DNA from: Bacteroidota bacterium
GTDB lineage: Bacteria; Bacteroidota; Bacteroidia; Flavobacteriales_D; JABDKJ01
DNA: 64,000 nt
Assembly (NCBI GenBank): GCA_039028335.1
Contig: JBCCIF010000003.1
Coordinates: 19,349-83,348 of the forward strand
Direction of reading: 5' to 3'
The position numbers were made by a program, and so were the translations under genes. Of this stretch, positions 46,301 to 54,804 are shown piece by piece. The notes under the pieces are model-generated. The model saw only the letters and a program-made list of their open reading frames with translations. It was not told the DNA's origin and made no database searches. How positions within the stretch are numbered: the first letter of the stretch is position 1; each line of letters begins with the position of its first letter.

Positions 46301-49300
46301 TCATCAACGTCATTCCAAACAATGGAACTCCTGACGCGAATACAGACAATGTAACCGTAGATGAGGATAGTGACTCAAATGTAATTGATGTCCAAGACAA
46401 CGATACCGATCCTGAAGGTGACCCGCTTACCACAGATATTTTGAGCGGGCCTAGCAGCGGAGGAACAGCTGTCGTTATTAATGGCGATAGTATTTTATAT
46501 GCTCCGGGACCAGATTTCTGCGGAACGGATACTATTATCTATCAGGTTTGCGATATGTTCTCTTGTGATATAGACACCGTATTCATTGAAGTAATCTGTA
46601 TTCAAGATCCTCCAGATCAAGGAAATGAAACAGTAAGTACGAACGAAGACACTCCCTTAGATGATATTGATCTAGACGACAACAATATTGATCCAGACGG
46701 AGATCCTGTAACAGTAACAAGCCCAGGAGTAACAAGCCAGGGAGGAACGATTATTGACAATGGAGATGGAACGATAGACTATATTCCACCTCCAGATTAT
46801 AATGGAGCCGACACCCTAATTTATGAAGTCTGCGATGATCAAATCCCCCCCAATTGTGTCACGGATACACTTTTCATAGATGTGCTTCCGGTTAATGATG
46901 TTCCAGATGGGACTGGAGTCAACGGTATACCAACTAGCAATGACACAATAAATGTTGTTACCGGTCAGGACATTCCTATCGAATTATGCGCGAATGTCAT
47001 TGACATAGATGGCGATCCCGTTGATATCACCTCTGTTATTCTCAGCCCTTCAAACGGAAGTTTATCCGGAATAGCGGATGGCGACTCTTGTTTTACTTAT
47101 ACACCGGATCTTGGATTTTTGGGATTCGATACAACGACTGTTATTATTTGTGATCCTGGACTTCTTTGTGACACATTAACGATTATTATAAATGTAGTCC
47201 CTCCTATTGATACAGATGGGGATGGCATTTTGGATACAGTTGATTTGGACGATGATAACGATGGCATTCCAGATACGGTTGAAGAGGCTACTGCAAGTAA
47301 TGGAGGCGACACCGACAACGATGGAATTCCAGATAGCCTCGATTTAGATTCTGACAATGATGGTATACCAGACATTGTTGAGTCGGGTGGAATTGACACG
47401 GATGGAGATGGAATTGTTGACGATCAACTTGACGCAGACAGAGACGGTATTCCCGATGCTGTTGATGTTGATTTTACGCTCGGTACCGATGCCAATATGG
47501 ACGGGATTGATGACAGCGCTCAAGGAGGCACAGATTCAGATGGGGATGGCATTCAGGACACGGACGATCCTGACGCGAATGGAGATGGTATGGATGACGA
47601 TGACAATGTGCAAAATCCAGTGGATTTTGATGGGGATGGCACCCCTGATTTTCAGGATTTGGACTCGGATAATGATGGTCTGAATGATGTCATAGAAGCC
47701 AATGATGGGGATGCAAGCATTGATCCAGATGGCGATGGAATGATAGGAACAGGAGCAATTTTTGACAATGACTTTGATGGTTTTGCGGATGTTGTAGATA
47801 CCGATGACAACACAACAGCTGCACCGGGAGATGGATTTGGCAACCCACTGCCAAGTCCTGATAGCGATGGAGACGGAACACCTGATCACAATGACCTTGA
47901 TTCAGATAATGATGGTATTCCAGATGAGATCGAAGGAGATATTGATGGCGATGGAGAACCCGATGATTGGGACAATGACGGAGTTCCGAACTATCAAGAT
48001 TTAGACTCGGATAATGATGGAATTTCAGATGTAGTTGAGAGCGGTGGTGATGACCCTGATGGAAACGGCATTGTTGGAAGTGGTGCAATTACGGATGCAG
48101 ATGGAGATGGATTGGAAGATAGTATTGACAATGATCCAAATGATGGAATTAATTTAAACAATGAAAATTTAGTTGACTCTACATCATTGCTTTGGGACAA
48201 TGATGCCAATGGGTCGAACGAAGATGACAACGATACAGATCAAGATGGAAATCCAGATTATTTAGATCTCGACTCTGACAATGACGGTTTGCCAGACATA
48301 ATAGAGGCAGGAGGAACAGATATGAATGCAGACGGTCAAGTTGATGGATTTGAAGACATGAATGGAGATGGCTGGGATGACAATGGAAGTATTCCATTCC
48401 CAGAAGATACAGACGGAGACGGTGTTCCAGATCATCAGGATTTGGATAGCGATAACGATGGCATCAATGATATTATTGAAATAAATGGTGGTGACACCAG
48501 TGTTGACAGCGACAATGATGGCATGATAGATGACTTCTCTGATCCGAACGGAAACGGATGGGATGAATTGAATGAAATCAACCCCCCAGATAATCCTGAT
48601 ACTGATGGAGACGGCATATCAGATCATGAAGATCTCGATTCAGACAACGATGGTATACTTGATGACTGGGAAAATGATCCGAATGAAGATGGAAGCGGAC
48701 CAGATGATTTCGATGGCGATGGAGTTCCCGACTATTTAGACTTAGATTCTGACAATGACACTATGCCAGATGTTGTAGAGGCTGGCGGTGTAGACGAAGA
48801 TGGAGATGGCACGATAGATAATTATAATGATGGCAACGGTGACGGGGCAGATGATGATGACATCCAGACTGATCCAGATGATACCGATATGGATGGAGCC
48901 CCAGATCATAACGATATTGATTCTGATAATGACGGAATAACGGACATCATCGAAGCCAATTCAGGCGATGACACCTTAGATACGGATGGAGATGGTATGG
49001 TGGACATCTTTATCGATGACAATGGCGATGGATGGGTAGACGACATAGGTGTATCTGATCCTCCAGACTTTGATGGCGATGGAGAGTCTGACTATACTGA
49101 TCTGGATTCAGATGACGATGGGATATCGGATGAAGATGAATACGATGTAAATGGAGACGGAGATGGCCCAGATGACTCTGATGGTGATGGAGCACCCAAC
49201 TACATAGATTTTGATTCGGATAATGACGGCATCGTTGATATGGAAGAGTACGATCCAAATGGGGATGGGATTCCTGATGATTGCGACAATGATGACATCC

Positions 49301-49599
49301 CTGATTGGCTCGATCCTGATGATTGTAACATAGGCCTCATAATTCCTCAAGGGTTCTCTCCAAATGGAGACTTGAATAATGACATTTGGGTGATTGATGG
49401 ATTGGAAAACTTCCCGAATAATCAAGTCTATATATTCAATCGTTGGGGAACACCATTGGGTGAGTTCAGTCCATATCAAAATGACTGGGATGGCACCTAT
49501 GACGGAAAGGCACTTCCAACGGGGACCTATTACTATATGTTGTACACAGAACCCGGATCAGAACCAATTTCAGGTTGGGTTTATATAATCAATGATTAA
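43312..49599 (+). CDS. Giant (2095 aa) multidomain T9SS type B CTD surface protein (adhesin-like)
   Basis: Domain order as read from the sequence:
- Signal peptide.
- Two Cys/Asp 'ICG.G.D.D..G..DC.D..C' motifs.
- A beta-propeller-like module.
- One SprB-like repeat.
- Six cadherin/Ig-like ~95-aa domains, arranged as a duplicated triplet.
- A ~706-aa Asp-rich TSP3-like array.
- C-terminus [32 protein letters not shown]...[19 protein letters not shown], a type B CTD at 49339-49596. Confidence 0.9.
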   Translation: MDSFFRFQKTLFLAISFLCSSLMAQEICGDGLDNDSNGLFDCADGACSSDAGCADAFTCLPGFYAVHGTQLKELDFNTNTYIDIGTAHTHNIKALAYSVRDGFFYGLRSNTNELLRIGQSGVTSLGAVTGLPNQNYNAGDFGPDGLLYVKRSSSVNELYAIDVNGISATSLALSATLLSVTDMVYHQSTDRMYGIRDNVLYEIDLATGDLMDCTLTGDTENGGYGGLWATTDPMIIYAQNNSGEIYEVDLSACTQTSFETFSAPTANNGASCMLALSPFASTSGGPLSDGDLDDDGIPDNNDIDIDNDGIPNDIENNCGSPFDLNWADWQGTAIDAVTFDINEPIVEDGVTIDLSSDDPSSISGSDFETIKAQNIGGSTPVLYYSQDANTQAEFTDVWITFSEPLKDVSFTIVDIDFVSNGWADSLAILAYFQGNIYDLTSTEVSLANPASVAFNDALNSLIGLGNNNPQSNNNGNATLSFNNPIDSLCIRYGNGPNAPINPAPQIIGISGFTGETLCDTDMDGIPDMYDPDSDNDNCLDAIESGSGYTIQADSTVTGPYGTNGLADALEDPDDSGILIYTPSDNGSIFDFQNNAVDNCDTEICGNGFDDDNDGDVDCDDSDCSPLINSVTSVDPICPNLNSGSITIDATFTGAGAIEYSIDNGSNYQSSNVFNNLIPGSYTIVVQTESGSCATVYVSNPVNLIDPGCGTAPDANTDNENAIEDEGPYIFDPQENDTDAEGDPLTTTIISGPTSGGSVSVLNGDSISYSPGLNFCGIDTIVYQICDPILCDIDTIFIDVACVQDAPDGGNENVSTNEDTPLGGIDLDDNNNEPDGDPITIIVPAGSGQGGTVSSNGDGTVDYIPPPEYNGADTVIYLVCDDQIPPNCVSDTLFIDVLPVNDIPVVTGANGSPAINDTVTVNTVLDTPILICPDASDADGDLIDVTAATLSPNNGILSGLSDGDTCFTYTPDLGFLGMDTVTVIICDPTPECDTLTVIINVIPNNGTPDANTDNVTVDEDSDSNVIDVQDNDTDPEGDPLTTDILSGPSSGGTAVVINGDSILYAPGPDFCGTDTIIYQVCDMFSCDIDTVFIEVICIQDPPDQGNETVSTNEDTPLDDIDLDDNNIDPDGDPVTVTSPGVTSQGGTIIDNGDGTIDYIPPPDYNGADTLIYEVCDDQIPPNCVTDTLFIDVLPVNDVPDGTGVNGIPTSNDTINVVTGQDIPIELCANVIDIDGDPVDITSVILSPSNGSLSGIADGDSCFTYTPDLGFLGFDTTTVIICDPGLLCDTLTIIINVVPPIDTDGDGILDTVDLDDDNDGIPDTVEEATASNGGDTDNDGIPDSLDLDSDNDGIPDIVESGGIDTDGDGIVDDQLDADRDGIPDAVDVDFTLGTDANMDGIDDSAQGGTDSDGDGIQDTDDPDANGDGMDDDDNVQNPVDFDGDGTPDFQDLDSDNDGLNDVIEANDGDASIDPDGDGMIGTGAIFDNDFDGFADVVDTDDNTTAAPGDGFGNPLPSPDSDGDGTPDHNDLDSDNDGIPDEIEGDIDGDGEPDDWDNDGVPNYQDLDSDNDGISDVVESGGDDPDGNGIVGSGAITDADGDGLEDSIDNDPNDGINLNNENLVDSTSLLWDNDANGSNEDDNDTDQDGNPDYLDLDSDNDGLPDIIEAGGTDMNADGQVDGFEDMNGDGWDDNGSIPFPEDTDGDGVPDHQDLDSDNDGINDIIEINGGDTSVDSDNDGMIDDFSDPNGNGWDELNEINPPDNPDTDGDGISDHEDLDSDNDGILDDWENDPNEDGSGPDDFDGDGVPDYLDLDSDNDTMPDVVEAGGVDEDGDGTIDNYNDGNGDGADDDDIQTDPDDTDMDGAPDHNDIDSDNDGITDIIEANSGDDTLDTDGDGMVDIFIDDNGDGWVDDIGVSDPPDFDGDGESDYTDLDSDDDGISDEDEYDVNGDGDGPDDSDGDGAPNYIDFDSDNDGIVDMEEYDPNGDGIPDDCDNDDIPDWLDPDDCNIGLIIPQGFSPNGDLNNDIWVIDGLENFPNNQVYIFNRWGTPLGEFSPYQNDWDGTYDGKALPTGTYYYMLYTEPGSEPISGWVYIIND
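45445..47208 (+). repeat. Intragenic tandem duplication of a ~885-bp (295-aa) three-domain block
   Basis: Unit 1 starts with [15 protein letters not shown] at 45445 and unit 2 with [15 protein letters not shown] at 46330. The units align colinearly at roughly two-thirds amino-acid identity by eye. An example of a shared segment is DYIPPP(E/D)YNGADT(V/L)IY(L/E)[11 protein letters not shown](S/T)[12 protein letters not shown]. Confidence 0.85.
47209..49326 (+). repeat. Asp-rich thrombospondin type 3-like (calcium-binding DxDxDG) repeat array
   Basis: At least 11 copies of D(L/I/F)DSD(N/D)D(G/T)..D..E are present (e.g. nt 47341, 47655, 47893, 47998, 48266, 48440, 48632, 48739, 48913, 49100, 49209). 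They are interleaved with D.DGDG.PD motifs, giving roughly ten 35-60-aa super-repeats. Confidence 0.85.
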
Positions 49600-50542
49600 A
49601 CAAATGAAAAAGCTAACAATCATGAAGAAGTTAACGACTATTTTAATCGCGATTATCGGCTTTGGAAGCATTTCCTTAGCGCAACAAGATGTTCAATTTA
49701 CCCAATACTTTTGGAACAAACTGCTCTTGAATTCGGGTTATGCGGGCAGTCATGACAATGCTTCCTTTACTTTGATCCATCGTGATCAATGGATGGGAAT
49801 TGTTGATGATGGACGACCTGTATCTTCTGCTTTTTCATTTCATACACCCTTGCGCAATGAAAAAATCGGAATTGGTTTCAGCGCACTGAGAGATAATTTA
49901 GGGCCTACAGAGAACACGACATTGGCAGCTGACTTCGCTTATAGAATTCGTATAGCTGATGACTCCAGATTGGCCTTTGGCGTGAAAGCCAGTCTTGATT
50001 TTTTCGAAGCTCAGTTAGTCGGCTTAACAGGAACAAATGGTGATCCAGCATTTGCACAAAATTTTGGAGGAAATACTTTACCCAATTTCGGGGCAAGTCT
50101 CTACTACTGGAGTGGAAATGCATTTCTCGGGGCAAGTGCACCGCAACTTTTAGAAAATGAACTCGCTGAGAGCAATAATACACTTCAGGGAATAGAAAGA
50201 AGGCATTACTTCATTATGGGAGGCTACGTATTCGATATCAGCCCTTTGTTCAAATTCAAACCTACATTCATGGCAAAATTAGAAAGTAGCTCTCCTGCTT
50301 CCTTTGACGCCACTGCAAATTTCCTTTTCAAAGAAAAGCTATGGTTGGGGGCTGCCTATCGTTCCGAAGATTCTTTTGACGCCAATATTGCATATCTATT
50401 CAGCTCTTCTTTTAGAGCCGGATTTGCTTGGGATTTTACGACAAGCGAACTCAGAAATGTGAATGATGGCTCATGGGAAGTCATGTTGGGATATGACCTC
50501 AATTTCAATAAGGAGAAACTGATGTCTCCAAGATATTTTTAG
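49592..50542 (+). CDS. PorP/SprF-family type IX secretion system membrane protein
   Basis: Signal peptide followed by [23 protein letters not shown], the family signature. The ATG at 49592 overlaps the giant gene by 8 nt. Alternative starts at 49604 and 49622 ([22 protein letters not shown]) are equally plausible. Confidence 0.85.
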   Translation: MIKQMKKLTIMKKLTTILIAIIGFGSISLAQQDVQFTQYFWNKLLLNSGYAGSHDNASFTLIHRDQWMGIVDDGRPVSSAFSFHTPLRNEKIGIGFSALRDNLGPTENTTLAADFAYRIRIADDSRLAFGVKASLDFFEAQLVGLTGTNGDPAFAQNFGGNTLPNFGASLYYWSGNAFLGASAPQLLENELAESNNTLQGIERRHYFIMGGYVFDISPLFKFKPTFMAKLESSSPASFDATANFLFKEKLWLGAAYRSEDSFDANIAYLFSSSFRAGFAWDFTTSELRNVNDGSWEVMLGYDLNFNKEKLMSPRYF

Positions 50543-50568
50543 TCCAGGAAACCAAATACGAATTAAAG

Positions 50569-50596
50569 GCCTCGCACTTGCGGGGCTTTTGTTTTT
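50569..50596 (+). terminator. Rho-independent terminator after the giant-adhesin/PorP-SprF pair
   Basis: GCCTCGC (50569-50575) pairs with GCGGGGC (50580-50586) in a 7-bp stem with one G-U pair. The loop is ACTT, followed by TTTTGTTTTT (50587-50596). Confidence 0.7.
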
Positions 50597-50732
50597 GGAT
50601 TCCTTGAAAGAAGATAATACAGCCAATTAAATTTCAAGCTTTGTCATAATTTATCCGCAAAAGCTCTGGACTCAGCTTGAACTCGGCAGCAAATGTCGTA
50701 ACTTCCGGCATTAATTCGCTTCATGCTATTTT

Positions 50733-52670
50733 ATGAACTGCAAGAAACTCTGTATAAATAGAATTCTTCTCCTCGTTTTTCTTATTACTGCATCAGCTAT
50801 TTCCTTTGGTCAATGCAATTGGACCTCAGTTGACTTCGAAGGATTTGAATACACGGAAGAAAGTCCAGATTTAATTGAACCTTATCTCATCTTTCATCCT
50901 AATCCATCAACCTATAACAATTTACAGCATAGCGGAGCAACCTACCTTTACATGAATTTCATAGATAATCTAGCTCCGGGTTCATTGGTTTACGAGCGCT
51001 TCTATGATGTTTGCATAGGTCAGGAATATCAAATTTCAAATTGGTTTCAAGGAGCCAATAATAGCTTTAGCAATATCACCTTCAATATTGTGGATGCAAA
51101 TGGTGTAATACTGGATACTTGGTCTGGCGCTTCAATACCTGGTGTATGGACCAATTTTATTTCCAATCCAGTCATTGCTACAACCAACAGCATTAGTTTT
51201 CAGTTAATCTCGGACTTTGCACCTGGAAATAACGATATGGCCTTTGACGATTTGGAGCTTCTTCAATGCATTAACCCTCCTTTTGACGATGGCCAGGTCG
51301 GTGCATGTGGCAATACCCCAATTGATCTCTATAATTCTATAGTTTCTGTTTCGGGAACCACGGGCACATGGACAGGTCCTTCAGTTTTAGGAAATGGTCA
51401 TTTAGGAACATTTACCCCAGGGCTGAGTATTTCAGGCATGTATACCTATACTATCTCCAATATCGCACCTTGCCCTGATGAAGTAGTTTCTTTAACAGTA
51501 AATGTATTTACCCAACCGAACATTGATGATTTGCTCGATGCTGAGGCATGTAATGAATTTGTTCTCCCTGCTATTACTGGAACAAATCTCTCAGGAAACG
51601 AAAGCTATTATTCAGGTCCGAATGCAACCGGAATTGCCTACGATGCAGGAGACATCATTAGCACCTCTGGAGATATTTTCATATTTGATGGACAGGCTCC
51701 ATGCACTGATGAACAGAGCTTTAATCTCACAATATACAATGCGGAGGCCGATCTTGGTCCAGATTTAGAATTGTGCGAAGGTGAAGTCGCAATGTTGGAT
51801 GCTACTCATCCAGATGCGACATATCTTTGGCAAGACAACTCAACTTCAAGCTCTATTGAAATCATTGCTCCTGGCATCTATTACGTCACTACAACTGTGG
51901 GAATATGTTCTGACCAAGATAGTGTGATCGTCAATTACAATCCTTTGCCAACAGTGAATCTTGGTGAAGACATGAGTATTTGTGAAGACGAAATATTGAC
52001 TTTAGATGCAAATAATACTGGTGCCTCCTTCTTTTGGCAAAATGGAGCACAAGCTGCTACATTTGACGTCTCCGAAGCAGGGCAGTACTATGTAGACGTC
52101 ATTTTTGACTTAACTTCATGTCAAAATAGCGACACAATTAATGTAAGTGAAATACTATTGCCGCAGCTCGATTTTGGAAATGACACGATGGTATGCCAAA
52201 ATGAAGTTTTTCAGCTTAATCCTGAATTTGCATTTGCAGATTCTATCGTTTGGTTCAACGGAAACACAGAAGATTCTTATCGTCCAATTGCACCCTCAAC
52301 GTATCATGCAACGGTGTTTAATGAATGCGGAATTGCCTATGATGAGATAGAATTGGAATTTATCGATTGCTCGTGCAACATCTACATCCCCAATGCAATT
52401 AGCGCAAATGGCGATGGCATAAATGAAACCTTTAAACCGGTCATTGACAATTGTGACTTCTACAATTATGAATTCACGCTCATGGATAGATGGGGGCAAA
52501 TAGTTTTCAGCACGAATGAACCCGAAGAAGAATGGGATGGAAGTGTTTTCAGCTCTGAACCTTATTATTCAGAAGGAGGAATTTATGCCTGGGTGATGAC
52601 TTTTGAAGCGGTTGTGAATGGAAATATCACCTCTGAAAAAAGAACAGGACACGTTTCGCTTTTGAGGTAA
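50733..52670 (+). CDS. Secreted protein with T9SS type B CTD (645 aa)
   Basis: Has a signal peptide and three ~70-aa Cys-containing repeats (51747-52376). The C-terminus reads CSCNIYIPNAISANGDGINETFKPV...LMDRWGQIVFST...EEWDGS...GIYAWVM...GHVSLLR. Confidence 0.85.
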   Translation: MNCKKLCINRILLLVFLITASAISFGQCNWTSVDFEGFEYTEESPDLIEPYLIFHPNPSTYNNLQHSGATYLYMNFIDNLAPGSLVYERFYDVCIGQEYQISNWFQGANNSFSNITFNIVDANGVILDTWSGASIPGVWTNFISNPVIATTNSISFQLISDFAPGNNDMAFDDLELLQCINPPFDDGQVGACGNTPIDLYNSIVSVSGTTGTWTGPSVLGNGHLGTFTPGLSISGMYTYTISNIAPCPDEVVSLTVNVFTQPNIDDLLDAEACNEFVLPAITGTNLSGNESYYSGPNATGIAYDAGDIISTSGDIFIFDGQAPCTDEQSFNLTIYNAEADLGPDLELCEGEVAMLDATHPDATYLWQDNSTSSSIEIIAPGIYYVTTTVGICSDQDSVIVNYNPLPTVNLGEDMSICEDEILTLDANNTGASFFWQNGAQAATFDVSEAGQYYVDVIFDLTSCQNSDTINVSEILLPQLDFGNDTMVCQNEVFQLNPEFAFADSIVWFNGNTEDSYRPIAPSTYHATVFNECGIAYDEIELEFIDCSCNIYIPNAISANGDGINETFKPVIDNCDFYNYEFTLMDRWGQIVFSTNEPEEEWDGSVFSSEPYYSEGGIYAWVMTFEAVVNGNITSEKRTGHVSLLR

Positions 52671-52674
52671 TGAC

Positions 52675-54744
52675 CTAAGCCACCACCGACCAATCCTTGT
52701 TTCTTTGCTTTAGCAAATTGAAATGATTCAAAACCATTTGATGTTCATCCTTCGCCAATTCAGGGTCCTTATCAAGCAAATCGATAGCGGCATTTCTCGC
52801 CTCTTTCAAAATATCTTGATCTTCTAAAAGATTTCCAATACGCAATTCTGGAATTCCGCTTTGTTGGGTTCCCATAATATCTCCCGGTCCTCGAAGTTGT
52901 AGGTCAACCTCGGAAATTTCAAATCCATCATTTGTGCGCACCATGGTTTCCATCCGCACCTGAGCATCCTGCGACAATTTATAGGAGCTCATCAATATGC
53001 AATAGGATTGTTCTGCTCCTCTTCCCACTCTACCACGCAATTGATGCAACTGAGAAAGTCCAAATCGCTCAGCACTTTCAATCACCATAATGCTTGCATT
53101 GGGTACGTTGACACCTACCTCAATGACAGTGGTCGCAACCATAATCTGTGTTTCTCCTTTTACAAAACGCTGCATTTCAAAATCCTTGGCTTCTGGTTTC
53201 ATTTGACCATGAACAATGCTGATTTGGTACTTGGGTTTTGGAAATCTTCGGCTAATTGCCTCAAAACCATCCATAAGATCCTTGTAATCGAGGGTTTCTG
53301 ATTCCTCAATTAAAGGGTATACAATATACGCCTGTCTGCCCTTTTCAATCTCTTTCTCTAGAAAATCAAAAACCTGCAATCGTGCCTTTTCAAATCTATG
53401 AGAGGTTGAGATCTTTTTCCTACCAGGAGGCAACTCATCAATAACAGAAACATCTAAATCGCCATATACAGTCATTGCCAAGGTGCGCGGAATGGGTGTA
53501 GCTGTCATCACTAAGATATGAGGAGGATTTGCATTTTTCTTCCAAAGCTTTGCTCTTTGCGCTACTCCAAAACGGTGCTGTTCATCTATGACAGCAAAGC
53601 CTAAATTTTTAAATACAACTTTATCTTCCAATAAAGCGTGCGTGCCTACTATGATATCAATGTCACCACTTCTTAGACCTTCGTCAATTGCTCTTCGCTC
53701 AGCTGCTTTTGACGAGCCCGTCAACAGGGCTAGTTTCACATCCATGTCCTTGAGGTATTCCAAAAGTGTATTGAAATGTTGTATTGCCAGTATCTCTGTT
53801 GGTGCCATCAGACAGGATTGATAAAAATTGTCCTTTGCTAAAAGCATACAAAAAAGCGCCACAATGGTTTTTCCGCTTCCAACATCGCCTTGCATCAGAC
53901 GATTCATTTGATAGCCACTTTTTAGATCCTTTCTGATTTCTTTTAAGACCTTTTTTTGAGCATTGGTCAAATCGAATGGAAGATGCTTTCCGTAAAAGGT
54001 ATTGAAAACATCTCCGACTTCTGGAAATACTAAGCCTTTAAAGTGCCTCTTCGCTAATTTCTTTTGTCTTCCCAATTTCAATTGGAGATAAAGAAACTCC
54101 TCAAATTTCAATCGCCATTTCGCCTTTTTTAAATCATTTGTGTTCTGAGGAAAATGAATATCTCTATAGGCTTTCTGCCTATTTGGAAGGCCAAATCGCT
54201 CTATTAAATAGTCTGGCAAAATCTCTACTAAGTTATTCCCTGCATCCCGCAAAGCTTGTTGGCACAGCTTCTCAATACCCTTGCTATTTAACCCGCGATT
54301 GGAAAGCTTTTCTCCTGAATGATATACAGGTTGGAGTTTATTTGAAGTTGGAGCCTCTTGATGAGTAACTTTCTCCATTTCTGGATGAGCTATGTTCAAT
54401 TGTCCATTAAAAAATGAAGGTCGACCATAAATGAGATACTGATCTCTCGTATTTATAAACTGAGCAACCCAATTGACGCCTTTGAACCAAACCAACTTAA
54501 GCTGACCCGTTCCATCGTCAAAAATGGCTTCCAATCTTTTACCTCGTTTTTGTTTAATCTCTTTGAAAGTCGTAATCCTCCCCTTTAACTGATGGTTCTC
54601 GTCCATCTGTTTAATTTCAGAGATGCGATTAATCTTTGTCTTGTCTATATAACGAAAAGGAAAGTAGTTCAACAAGTCGAATAGTGTAAATACTCCGGCT
54701 TCATCCTTTAAGGTCTGCCCACGAGCAGGACCGACACCTTTCAA
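52675..54744 (-). CDS. recG: ATP-dependent DNA helicase RecG
   Basis: Walker A GDVGSGKT, DEQHRFGV box, QLRGRVGRG, and the N-terminal wedge-region motif YLKGVGPARG..L. The 5' end is uncertain: the TTG at 54744 is used here, but RecG-like sequence continues upstream (see findings). Confidence 0.9.
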   Translation of the reverse strand: MKGVGPARGQTLKDEAGVFTLFDLLNYFPFRYIDKTKINRISEIKQMDENHQLKGRITTFKEIKQKRGKRLEAIFDDGTGQLKLVWFKGVNWVAQFINTRDQYLIYGRPSFFNGQLNIAHPEMEKVTHQEAPTSNKLQPVYHSGEKLSNRGLNSKGIEKLCQQALRDAGNNLVEILPDYLIERFGLPNRQKAYRDIHFPQNTNDLKKAKWRLKFEEFLYLQLKLGRQKKLAKRHFKGLVFPEVGDVFNTFYGKHLPFDLTNAQKKVLKEIRKDLKSGYQMNRLMQGDVGSGKTIVALFCMLLAKDNFYQSCLMAPTEILAIQHFNTLLEYLKDMDVKLALLTGSSKAAERRAIDEGLRSGDIDIIVGTHALLEDKVVFKNLGFAVIDEQHRFGVAQRAKLWKKNANPPHILVMTATPIPRTLAMTVYGDLDVSVIDELPPGRKKISTSHRFEKARLQVFDFLEKEIEKGRQAYIVYPLIEESETLDYKDLMDGFEAISRRFPKPKYQISIVHGQMKPEAKDFEMQRFVKGETQIMVATTVIEVGVNVPNASIMVIESAERFGLSQLHQLRGRVGRGAEQSYCILMSSYKLSQDAQVRMETMVRTNDGFEISEVDLQLRGPGDIMGTQQSGIPELRIGNLLEDQDILKEARNAAIDLLDKDPELAKDEHQMVLNHFNLLKQRNKDWSVVA

Positions 54745-54804
54745 ATATTCTATGGGAGTTGATAAGTCCAGTTGATCATCTTTACTCCCATGAAATAAGC
54801 AATT

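Noticed and set aside
44046-46433. Minus-strand ORFs 44046-44447, 45084-45266 and 45954-46433 inside the giant adhesin gene.
   Set aside because: They are antisense to a continuous 2095-codon frame with clear domain logic. Their Ser/Pro/Val-rich translations are typical of antisense Asp/Gly/Thr-rich coding sequence.
47097-49588. Many overlapping ORFs in five other frames across the TSP3-like array (e.g. 47357-47683, 47536-47889, 47690-48088, 49108-49479).
   Set aside because: The GAT/GAC/GGN-rich repetitive coding sequence suppresses stop codons in off-frames. The translations (His/Leu/Ile- or Met/Ile-rich) have no protein-like features.
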